Below, piece after piece: positions 1 through 6,774 of a DNA stretch of 32,000 nt. Position numbers and translations under genes: made by a program. Origin of the DNA: Bifidobacterium longum subsp. longum JCM 1217 (lineage in GTDB: Bacteria > Actinomycetota > Actinomycetes > Actinomycetales > Bifidobacteriaceae); assembly GCF_000196555.1 (NCBI RefSeq), contig NC_015067.1, forward strand, positions 1,350,001-1,382,000. Reading direction: 5' to 3'. How positions within the stretch are numbered: position 1 is the first letter of the stretch; each line of letters opens with the position of its first letter. The notes beneath the pieces are model-generated. The model ran no database searches. It saw nothing but the letters and a program-made list of their open reading frames with translations, and was not told the DNA's origin.

Positions 1-116
1 TTGGGCTGCATGACGTTCTGCTGAACGTCGTTTTCGCTCCAAGCGAACCAATTTCGGTTGTTCTTTGCGCTACTTTGCGCCACTTTGCGCTGATTCCCAC
101 TGCTCATCGGCACCAT
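1..116 (-). CDS. Partial hypothetical protein (N-terminus only, continues beyond the left window edge)
   Basis: The minus-strand frame is open from the window edge to ATG at 116 (alternative ATG at 107), with an in-frame TGA just upstream. It reads MVPMSSGNQRKVAQSSAKNNRNWFAWSENDVQQNVMQP. Third codon positions are mostly G/C, like neighbouring genes. It is absent from the ORF track because it has no stop in the window. No motif recognised, and it contains a 10-bp tandem repeat, which is odd for coding DNA. Confidence 0.3.
   Translation of the reverse strand, partial: MVPMSSGNQRKVAQSSAKNNRNWFAWSENDVQQNVMQP
63..92. repeat. Three tandem 10-bp units, each starting with CTTTGCGC (CTTTGCGCTA CTTTGCGCCA CTTTGCGCTG)
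   Basis: Read directly: CTTTGCGC occurs at 63-70, 73-80 and 83-90, which is exact 10-bp phasing. Confidence 0.8.
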
Positions 117-232
117 ATTTTTGAGTCATTCCACATTCCGCTGGCTAGGTTTTGAAGGTCTCGTGTAGGCATCCTCTCGGTATCACCGAGCCTTAAGCAA
201 CCTTCCAGCCCGACACTTTACGGTCGTGTCTT

Positions 233-1201
233 GTGAAGAAGTTTTTCGAAGGTCTTTCCCTCTCATCCATCGTGGCGGGCACCCTTGCCGCCGTCACCTC
301 ATTCTTACTGGCATCGAAAATCGGTATCGCCGGCTCGGTAATCGGCGCGGCAGCCAGCTACATCGTCTCCGCGGTGGCCACCAAAATCTATCAAAACATA
401 CTCACCGCCTCCGGTGAGAAACTACAGTCGGCCTCGTCTTCCGGCAATGACGATGACACTACGGATAATAAGTCCGATAAGGCAGCCGAATCCGAGTCCG
501 ATACGACGATGACCGGCATGGTCAATACCGTTTCCACCGCGCGCAAGCCGCGCGAAGTCGTGTCCAATCGAGCGAACGGACGAACCTATTCGGTCAATGA
601 ACTGCGCAAGGCCCGCTCCCATAATTCGAAGCGCACCGCCATTATCGTCACGCTGGTATCCGGCCTGCTCGCCGTGGCAGTAACCGCCGGCATCGTCATG
701 CTAGTCACGCAGGGCCGTGGCACGGACCATATCATCACTCCGTCCACCACGCCCACGCAAACCGACACCAAAACGCAGACCGACACGTCCAATCAGAATA
801 ACGGACTGCCGCAGCCGGGCATTACCGACGGTTCGAATGATTCCAACACCAAGGACTCCACATCCGGCTCGTCCAACGACGGCACCGATTCAAGCACGTC
901 CGGCTCAACCGGCACCGACTCCTCAACCGATTCCAACACCAATGGATCCACCGATGGTTCGACCGGCACCGATTCCTCCACTAATTCGGGCACGACTGGC
1001 GGTTCCACCGGTTCCGGCACCACCGGAGGCACCACCGGCACCGGCAACGGTTCAACCGGATCGGGTTCAGGATCAGCCAATGGCTCCGGTTCCTCTTCCA
1101 GCTCCACGGGCGGATCATCCAGTTCAAACTCCGGTAATAGCGGTTCGAGCGGCTCCTCAACCGGTAGCAGCAGCGGAACCGGCATCAAATTCATTGGCTG
1201 A
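233..1201 (+). CDS. Membrane protein with a Ser/Thr/Gly/Asn/Asp-rich low-complexity C-terminal region (function unknown)
   Basis: 322-aa ORF with a GTG start at 233. It has hydrophobic segments (LSLSSIVAGTLAAVTSFLLASKIGIAGSVIGAAASYIVSAVA and TAIIVTLVSGLLAVAVTAGIVMLV) followed by about 140 aa composed almost entirely of S/T/G/N/D. No catalytic motif. Confidence 0.6.
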   Translation: MKKFFEGLSLSSIVAGTLAAVTSFLLASKIGIAGSVIGAAASYIVSAVATKIYQNILTASGEKLQSASSSGNDDDTTDNKSDKAAESESDTTMTGMVNTVSTARKPREVVSNRANGRTYSVNELRKARSHNSKRTAIIVTLVSGLLAVAVTAGIVMLVTQGRGTDHIITPSTTPTQTDTKTQTDTSNQNNGLPQPGITDGSNDSNTKDSTSGSSNDGTDSSTSGSTGTDSSTDSNTNGSTDGSTGTDSSTNSGTTGGSTGSGTTGGTTGTGNGSTGSGSGSANGSGSSSSSTGGSSSSNSGNSGSSGSSTGSSSGTGIKFIG

Positions 1202-1273
1202 CAATCGCCGACTCGATAGCAGCGATGGCGGCAATGCCAGTCAATGACGTGGGGCAATGAGAACATGGAACGT

Positions 1274-1813
1274 ATGACTACCATCATTATGAATACCTCT
1301 GAGGGCAGCATCACCATCAACCTGTTCGACGACAAGGCTCCGAACACCGTGGCCAACTTCCTGGGCCTCGCCACTGGCGAGAAGGAATGGGCGGACCCGT
1401 ACACCGGCCAGCCTTCCCACGGCAAGTTCTACAACGGCCTGATCTTCCACCGTATCATCAAGCAGTTCATGATTCAGGGCGGTTGCCCGCTGGGCACCGG
1501 TACCGGCGGCCCTGGCTACGAGTTCGACGATGAGATCGACCCGAGCCTGAAGTTCGACAAGCCGTACCTGTTGGCTATGGCCAACGCCGGTCTGCGTCGC
1601 GGCATGGACGGTAAGGTCCATGGCACCAACGGCTCCCAGTTCTTCATCACCACCGTGCCGACCCCGTGGCTGGACGGTCACCACACCATCTTCGGTGAGG
1701 TCGCCGATGACGACTCCAAGAAGGTCGTCGATAAGCTCGAAGCACTGGACACCGATCCGATGGATCGCCCGCTCGAGCCGGCCGTGATTCTGTCCGTGGA
1801 CGTGGCGGAGTAA
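1274..1813 (+). CDS. ppiA: Peptidyl-prolyl cis-trans isomerase, cyclophilin type
   Basis: Cyclophilin motifs are present: [51 protein letters not shown]. The ORF is open from 1244. I placed the start at [11 protein letters not shown] (1274) by alignment from memory to cyclophilin N-termini; 1244 and 1265 are alternatives. Confidence 0.9.
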   Translation: MTTIIMNTSEGSITINLFDDKAPNTVANFLGLATGEKEWADPYTGQPSHGKFYNGLIFHRIIKQFMIQGGCPLGTGTGGPGYEFDDEIDPSLKFDKPYLLAMANAGLRRGMDGKVHGTNGSQFFITTVPTPWLDGHHTIFGEVADDDSKKVVDKLEALDTDPMDRPLEPAVILSVDVAE

Positions 1814-1828
1814 GACCGACAACATATA

Positions 1829-1845
1829 CGAAAAGGTCCTGATTC
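1829..1845. terminator. Left half of a hairpin split by the IS3 insertion (stem CGAAAAGGTCCTGA plus loop remnant TTC)
   Basis: 1829..1842 CGAAAAGGTCCTGA is the exact reverse complement of 6809..6822 TCAGGACCTTTTCG. It lies 16 nt after the cyclophilin stop. Confidence 0.55.
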
Positions 1846-1869
1846 TGAACCGCACCCCGATTGTTGGAC
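1846..1869. repeat. IS3 left terminal inverted repeat (TGAACCGCACCCCGATTGTTGGAC)
   Basis: Matches the reverse complement of 6775..6798 (TGAACTGCGCCCCGATTGTTGGAC) with 2 mismatches. Confidence 0.8.
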
Positions 1870-1909
1870 TGAAGTAATTCAGATTCGATGATCGGAGGTG
1901 CGGTTTCTC

Positions 1910-2425
1910 ATGTGTAGGGATCGCAGGCGTCATTACGATGACGGTTTCATGCGGGTCGTCGCCGACCTGATCCGGGGCGGGGCCGGGAGGCGTTCTCTCG
2001 CCCGCCGGCTTGGCGCGCCCGTCAGTACCGCGGGAAAATGGGTGTTGTCATACCGGTTTGGCGGGGAGGCGGCGCTCATGGGAGAACGCGAAGGCAACAG
2101 GAGATACGACTACGAGACGAAGCTCGCGGCGGTGCGCGACCATGTGGAGCATGGGCTGACGAAGGCCGAAGTCATGGAGAAGTACAGGATCGCGGGTCCC
2201 GCCCCGTTGGAGCGCTGGTGCCGCGAGTACCGGTCCGGCGGCCCGGACGCGCTGCGTCCGAAACCGAAGGGCAGGCCCAGGGGCGCGAAATCCAAGCCGA
2301 GGCCGGCTCCCACAAGGGAACAGCTCCTTGAGGAGGAGAACGCGTACCTCAAGGCGAGGGTCGCGTACCTGGAAAAAGTCGACGCCCTGCTGGCGCGGAG
2401 ATCGGCAACCGGGACAGAACGGTGA
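1910..2425 (+). CDS. IS3-family transposase OrfA (HTH plus leucine zipper)
   Basis: GGAGG at 1894-1898 precedes ATG at 1910. RRHYDDGF...LARRLGAPVSTAGKWV resembles the IS3 OrfA HTH, and the C-terminal heptad region is LEEENAYLKARVAYLEKVDALLA. The ORF-track start at 1898 (GTG) overlaps the SD and is less likely. Confidence 0.8.
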   Translation: MCRDRRRHYDDGFMRVVADLIRGGAGRRSLARRLGAPVSTAGKWVLSYRFGGEAALMGEREGNRRYDYETKLAAVRDHVEHGLTKAEVMEKYRIAGPAPLERWCREYRSGGPDALRPKPKGRPRGAKSKPRPAPTREQLLEEENAYLKARVAYLEKVDALLARRSATGTER

Positions 2426-2997
2426 TCGTCTCCATGCTGGCGGGGCCGGGACATCGGCTCCGGCACCTGCTCAGGGCGGCCGGACTGGCGAAAAGCACGT
2501 ATTACCATCTTCTGTCGCATCCGGCCGCCGTGACCCGGCCGGACATCGAGCCGATGGTCGCCGAGATATTCGCGCGCACGCCCAACGGGTGCGGCCACCG
2601 GCAGATACGCATGTGCCTCGTGCACGAGTTCGGGGTGCGGGTGAGCCACAAGAGCGTGCTGAAGGTCATGAGGCGCATGGGCCTGGAATGCCGGATACGC
2701 AGGCCGAACCCGTACCGGAAATACAGCTCGTACCGGGACGAGACGGGCGCGAGGGCGGAGAACCTGCTGAACCGCGACTTCACGGCCGACCGGCCGTGGG
2801 TGAAGCTGGGCACGGACGTCACCGAGTTCAGGGTCGCCGACGGCAAGGCGTATCCGGCTCCCGTATACGATATGGGATCCAAGGAGATCGTGGCCTGGGA
2901 CGTCAGCCGGCATCCCGACATGGCCCAGCAGCGGCGCCTGCTCGCCATGCTCGAGGAGAAGCTGCCCGAAGACGCCGACCCGATCCCGCACTCCGAT
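2374..2997 (+). pseudogene. IS3-family transposase OrfB, 5' fragment (truncated at the HSD motif by the nested element)
   Basis: The -1 frame relative to orfA is open from the A-AAA-G site at 2373-2378. It reads ...LLRAAGLAKSTYYH...WVKLGTDVTEF...YDMGSKEIVAW...PIPHSD, then meets TAA supplied by the inserted element at 2998-3000. Confidence 0.8.
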
Positions 2998-3090
2998 TAA
3001 GCCGGGTTTGTTGTTAAGCCGGGGAACGGTTCGGGGTCTTGGTGGCTGGCCGTGTCCCATGTGGTTTCCCGGCTTAACGTTCCGGGTTAT
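2997..3090. repeat. Left 94-bp terminal inverted repeat of the RIT element
   Basis: I verified base by base that it is the exact reverse complement of 6344..6437. It contains TTAAGCCGGG at 2997-3006 and 3014-3023, and the inverted copy CCCGGCTTAA at 3068-3077. Confidence 0.95.
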
Positions 3091-3130
3091 GTTCGTCTTG
3101 TCCCATTTGATTCGAACGAAGGAGTTTGCC

Positions 3131-4333
3131 ATGGGTGAGACGACGGTTGGCCATGTCGCGGGCGAGGTGGTCCGCGCGCTTTACGGGGCCGGTTATATGG
3201 AATCCACCATAGGCCAGTACCGCAAGTCCATCAGGGCGTTGGAACGGTACGCCGGAGGCCCGGATGCGGTGTACACGCGTGGGTTGGGCGCGGGGTTCGC
3301 CGCGTCGACCTTCAGTGAGCGGACGGGCGGTTTCAGCAGGCAGCGGTGGTTCGATTACGGCAGGCTGGCGCGTTTGTGCGACTCGTATCTGCGGTCCGGT
3401 TCGGTGGACCTGGGCAAGTGGCGCAGGAGCAGGCTTGCGGAGCCGGTGGTTCCGGGTTTGGCCGTGGTCATGGAGCGTTGGGAGGCGTATCTCGCCGGTT
3501 CGGGACTGGCTTCGGCGACGGTGGGGCATTACCGTCGGATGGCGGGCTTGTTCCTCACGTGGCTGGAATCTCATGGGGTCGTGTCGTTGGACGGTTCGGA
3601 TGGCTCGCATGTGCTGGGGTTCCTGGCCGGGCTGCGTTCACGCTGGTCGGAGTCGTCGATGCGGCACGCCGCGTCGGACCTGCGCCCGTTGTTCAGATGG
3701 CTCGGGCGGGATGACCTGGCGGACGCGATCGGCCTGGCCGGCATACGCAGGACCCACGCGATCGCGGGAACGTTGCCCGACGACGAGCACCGCCGCTTGC
3801 TGGAGGCGTGCGCCTCGCGGTCGGTGCCGTCGAGGGACGCGGCGATCACCCTGCTGTCGCTGACGTGCGGGCTGAGGGCATGCGATGTGATCGGTCTGAG
3901 GATCGCCGACGTGGATTGGGATTCCATGAGCATAGGTCTGGTGCAGCGAAAGACGGGCAATCCGTTGACCGTGCCGATGACGGGACCGCTGGCCGCGAGG
4001 CTGGCGTCCTGGCTGTTGGACGAAAGGCCCGCCACCGACGACGACCGTGTGTTCGTGCGGTACAAGGCGCCCCATGTCGCGCTTCGGGGTCATTCATCGG
4101 TGTACGAGGCGATCAGCCGTGTCATGCGGCACGCCGGGCTCGGACGCCGGGGCGGTTCCAGGCTGTTGCGGCGCAACGCGGCGACGAGGATGCTGGAGGC
4201 GGCCACGCCGTTGCCGACGATCAGCGCGGTGCTTGGCCACGCCGACCCCGATTCCACACGCGTCTACATGGCCACGCACCGCGGGGGAATGCTCGCGTGC
4301 GTGCTGCCCGTGCCGGAAGGCGGATCGTCATGA
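3131..4333 (+). CDS. Tyrosine recombinase/integrase, first of the trio (RitA position)
   Basis: GAAGGAG at 3118-3124 precedes ATG at 3131. The N-terminal region is SAM-like. The C-terminal catalytic region reads CGLRACDVIGLRIADVD...GSRLLRRNAATRMLEAATPLPTISAVLGHADPDSTRVYM, with a conserved LGH...Y ending. The stop overlaps the next start (ATGA at 4330-4333). Confidence 0.85.
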   Translation: MGETTVGHVAGEVVRALYGAGYMESTIGQYRKSIRALERYAGGPDAVYTRGLGAGFAASTFSERTGGFSRQRWFDYGRLARLCDSYLRSGSVDLGKWRRSRLAEPVVPGLAVVMERWEAYLAGSGLASATVGHYRRMAGLFLTWLESHGVVSLDGSDGSHVLGFLAGLRSRWSESSMRHAASDLRPLFRWLGRDDLADAIGLAGIRRTHAIAGTLPDDEHRRLLEACASRSVPSRDAAITLLSLTCGLRACDVIGLRIADVDWDSMSIGLVQRKTGNPLTVPMTGPLAARLASWLLDERPATDDDRVFVRYKAPHVALRGHSSVYEAISRVMRHAGLGRRGGSRLLRRNAATRMLEAATPLPTISAVLGHADPDSTRVYMATHRGGMLACVLPVPEGGSS

Positions 4334-5295
4334 GACCCACGGAACACGGATTCGTCGGCCCGCTCGCCGGCGAATTGGAGGAGTACATCCGTTTCAAGGC
4401 GTCCATGGGCAGGCATGGCGCCACCCGCGTCCAGGTCCTGCGCTCGTTCGACCGGCATTGCCTCGAACACGGGGCCGTGCGTCTGGAGCGGGGCGTCGTG
4501 GAGCGATGGATCGCCCATAGGATCGACGCGAATCCCGGGGGTTGCCGCTCGTGGTTCTCGTACATCAGGGACTTCGGCAGGTGGATGCGACTGGCCCACG
4601 ATCCCGACGCGTACGTGCTCTCCGACCAGTGGAAGGCCGGATCCCCGCGTCCGACGCCGTACCTGCTGACGGACCGCGAGGCCGCCCTGTTCCTGCGGGC
4701 CGCGGGAACGTTGGAGTCTCCGTCGCCGTGGGCGTGGCAGTCTCGCGCGTTCTTCATGCTCATGGCCTGCTGCGGGCTGCGCACCCGAGAGGTCAGGAGA
4801 CTCGCCGTCGGGCACGTCGACCACAAGGCCCGTTCCATCGACGTGGTCGATTCCAAGGCCGGTCGCAGCCGCAGGCTGCCCGTGGGCGACGAGGTCGCCG
4901 CCGAACTGCTGGAATGCGACCAACGGTCCCGCGAACGCTTCGGAGACGACCGTCCCGCGTTCTTCGTCACCTCCACCGGCAATCCGGTCTCCCCGGGCAT
5001 GCCCGGCGTGGTGTTCCGCCGCGTCTGGACGCGGGCCGGGCTCGAGTGGCCACAAGCCGGCAAACGGCCCAGGCCCTATGATTTCCGGCACCGGTTCGCG
5101 TTCGCGAACATCGAGCGGTGGACTCGCGACGGCGTGGACGTGATGGCGATGCTGCCCTATCTGGCGGCCTACATGGGACACGCCGGCATCGACAGCACCC
5201 TCTACTACGTGCACGCCAGCCTCGATTTCATGGACGGATACGCGGACCTCGTCGCCGACGCCGAACGCGTGGTCCCGGAAACGGAGGAACCATGA
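4330..5295 (+). CDS. Tyrosine recombinase/integrase, second of the trio (RitB position)
   Basis: Starts MRPTEHGFVGPLAGELEEYIRF. Catalytic region: CCGLRTREVRRLAVGHVD...PYDFRHRFAFANI...YMGHAGIDSTLYYV. There are ATGA overlaps at both ends (4330-4333 and 5292-5295). Confidence 0.85.
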   Translation: MRPTEHGFVGPLAGELEEYIRFKASMGRHGATRVQVLRSFDRHCLEHGAVRLERGVVERWIAHRIDANPGGCRSWFSYIRDFGRWMRLAHDPDAYVLSDQWKAGSPRPTPYLLTDREAALFLRAAGTLESPSPWAWQSRAFFMLMACCGLRTREVRRLAVGHVDHKARSIDVVDSKAGRSRRLPVGDEVAAELLECDQRSRERFGDDRPAFFVTSTGNPVSPGMPGVVFRRVWTRAGLEWPQAGKRPRPYDFRHRFAFANIERWTRDGVDVMAMLPYLAAYMGHAGIDSTLYYVHASLDFMDGYADLVADAERVVPETEEP

Positions 5296-6347
5296 GCAAG
5301 GCAAGGAAAACGGCCGCCAGCTCCGGTGAACCGGACTTCTGGCGAGTCGCGCGCGACTGGCTGCACCACTGGCTGCCCAAGGTGCGGGGCAGCTCGCCGA
5401 AGACCGTCGAGGCGTACCGCATCGGCCTGGAATCCTACGTCCGATGGCTCGAAACCACGGAAGGCACGCAGCGCAGCCACATCGGTTTCGGGCATTTCGA
5501 CCGGGCGCGCCTGGGCCGGTGGGTCGAATGGATGCGGACCGAGCGCGGGTACTCGGACCGCACCATCATGCTGAGGATGACGACGATGCGCGTGTTCCTC
5601 GACCACGCGGGCCTCGAACACCCGGCATTGACCGCGCTGGGCAACGACGCGGCCGGCATACGTGTCAAACCACCCGCGCGCAAACCCGTCGACCACCTCG
5701 GGGAGGAGCACACCAAAGCGTTGCTGACCGCATGGGGCACCGGCGACGCCAAATCGCGCAGGAACCGCATGCTCCTGATCCTCATGTACGACACCGCCGC
5801 CAGGATCGGCGAACTCGCCGCACTGACCATCGCGGACGTGGGTATGGATAAGCCGGCCAGGGTCACGCTCACCGGCAAACGCGGCAAGAGCCGGGTCGTG
5901 CCCCTGGGAGAAAGGACACGAACCCACCTGGCCGCCTACCTCGAGGAATTCCATCCCGGACCGTCCATGCGCGACGGCGACGGGCCGTTGTTCCACTCGA
6001 CGAGGAACGGCGCCATCCAGCCGCTCTCCGTGGACCGGATCGACGAGATCCTCAAAACCGCGGCGGCCAGAGCACGCCGCGGGACGTGCCCGTCCATGCC
6101 CGAACGCGTCCACTGCCACCTGATCCGCCGGACCCGCGCCATGGACCTCTACCAACAGGGCGTGCCGCTACCGCTCATCATGCAACTGCTCGGCCACGAA
6201 AGCATGAGCACAACCAGCGCGTTCTACGCGTTCGCGACCCTCGACATGATGCGCAAAGCCGTCGATGCGGCCAACCCCGGCCCCGACCCCTCCAAGGAGA
6301 CATGGCTCAGCGAGCAACGACTCCGACAACTACACACCCTCAAATAA
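5292..6347 (+). CDS. Tyrosine recombinase/integrase, third of the trio (RitC position)
   Basis: Starts MSKARKTAASSGEPDFW. The core-binding region includes SPKTVEAYRIGLESYVRWL. Catalytic region: DTAARIGELAALTIADV...VHCHLIRRTRAMDLYQQGVPLPLIMQLLGHESMSTTSAFYAF. The TAA stop (6345-6347) lies inside the inner end of the right inverted repeat. Confidence 0.85.
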   Translation: MSKARKTAASSGEPDFWRVARDWLHHWLPKVRGSSPKTVEAYRIGLESYVRWLETTEGTQRSHIGFGHFDRARLGRWVEWMRTERGYSDRTIMLRMTTMRVFLDHAGLEHPALTALGNDAAGIRVKPPARKPVDHLGEEHTKALLTAWGTGDAKSRRNRMLLILMYDTAARIGELAALTIADVGMDKPARVTLTGKRGKSRVVPLGERTRTHLAAYLEEFHPGPSMRDGDGPLFHSTRNGAIQPLSVDRIDEILKTAAARARRGTCPSMPERVHCHLIRRTRAMDLYQQGVPLPLIMQLLGHESMSTTSAFYAFATLDMMRKAVDAANPGPDPSKETWLSEQRLRQLHTLK

Positions 6348-6437
6348 CCCGGAACGTTAAGCCGGGAAACCACATGGGACACGGCCAGCCACCAAGACCC
6401 CGAACCGTTCCCCGGCTTAACAACAAACCCGGCTTAA
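6344..6437. repeat. Right 94-bp terminal inverted repeat of the RIT element
   Basis: Exact reverse complement of 2997..3090. Motif copies are at 6357-6366 (TTAAGCCGGG), 6411-6420 and 6428-6437 (CCCGGCTTAA). Confidence 0.95.
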
Positions 6438-6469
6438 TCACTGTTAAACCGATGTCGGTTTAACAGTGA
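6438..6469. repeat. 32-bp palindrome TCACTGTTAAACC-GATGTC-GGTTTAACAGTGA (13-6-13 layout) abutting the right inverted repeat
   Basis: Read directly. The 13-nt arms are exact reverse complements. Each arm contains TGTTAAACCG, a 9/10 match to the subterminal TGTTAAGCCG of the 94-bp repeat. No counterpart exists at the left junction. Confidence 0.85.
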
Positions 6470-6752
6470 CATGGGCTGGCAGTACCGGCACCGGTGGTGG
6501 CGCGACCGGCTCGCGGGACTGAACATCCGCCAGTCCATGAGCAGGAAGGGCAACTGCATCGACAACGCCGCGACCGAGCAGGTGTTCGGCCACCTCAAGG
6601 ACGAGTTCCACGCCGGACGCGAGTTCGCCTCATACGAACAGTTCAAGAACGAACTGGACGCGTACATCATCCACTGGAACACCAAACGCCGCCAGATACG
6701 ACTGGAGGGACACACCCCGGAGGAATTCCGGAACATGTCCCCCACAGCCTAA
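6470..6752 (+). pseudogene. IS3-family transposase OrfB, 3' fragment
   Basis: MGWQYRHRWWRDRL...SMSRKGNCIDNAATEQVFGHLKDEF...WNTKRRQIRLEGHTPEEF is the typical C-terminal part of an IS3 integrase core (DDE glutamate region). It continues the frame broken at 2997. Confidence 0.85.
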
Positions 6753-6774
6753 TCAGGTACCCTTAATAAACCAC

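Larger units (their letters stand above)
2997..6469 (+). mobile_element. Recombinase-in-trio (RIT) / mobile-integrase-cassette type element: three tandem tyrosine recombinase genes, 94-bp perfect terminal inverted repeats and a right-flank palindrome
   Basis: Three co-oriented, overlapping tyrosine-recombinase ORFs sit between 2997..3090 and 6344..6437, which are 94/94 reverse complements. Deleting 2997..6469 restores the IS3 orfB frame as CAC TCC GAC ATG GGC TGG = HSDMGWQY. Confidence 0.85.

Noticed and set aside
717-1425. Pro-rich ORF 717..1247 (+) and acidic ORF 793..1425 (-) overlapping the Ser/Thr/Gly-rich tail
   Set aside because: These are alternative-frame and antisense readings of a low-complexity repeat (ACC/GGC/TCC codons read as Pro or as Glu/Pro/Val). 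The minus-strand ORF also runs into the well-supported cyclophilin gene. I treat them as composition artefacts.
3024-3032. GAACGGTTC core shared between the RIT terminal repeat (3024-3032) and the arms of the 12661..12830 inverted repeat
   Set aside because: A single shared 9-mer in a 32-kb window on two strands is within chance expectation, and the flanking bases do not match. I do not take it as evidence of a link.
2110-3132. 340-aa minus-strand ORF spanning the IS3 orfA/orfB region and the left RIT repeat
   Set aside because: It crosses two element boundaries. Its N-terminal peptide (ITRNVKPGNHMGHGQPPRPRTVPRLNNKPGLI) reappears in the plus-strand ORF 6086..6463 only because both read the same inverted repeat. 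It is antisense to recognisable transposase genes in GC-rich DNA.
3264-6155. Many long overlapping ORFs inside the recombinase trio (e.g. 3808..5295 upstream extension, 4264..5304 -, 4221..5063 -, 5205..6155 -, 4542..5081 +)
   Set aside because: They are Arg/Pro/Gly/Ala-rich translations typical of off-frame GC-rich DNA. Only the three co-oriented frames carry tyrosine-recombinase motifs and proper SD/ATGA junctions.
6471-6752. 93-aa ORF as a stand-alone gene
   Set aside because: It is the C-terminal part of the IS3 OrfB integrase core, and the frame is restored with 2422..2997 once the nested element is removed. I report it as a pseudogene fragment.
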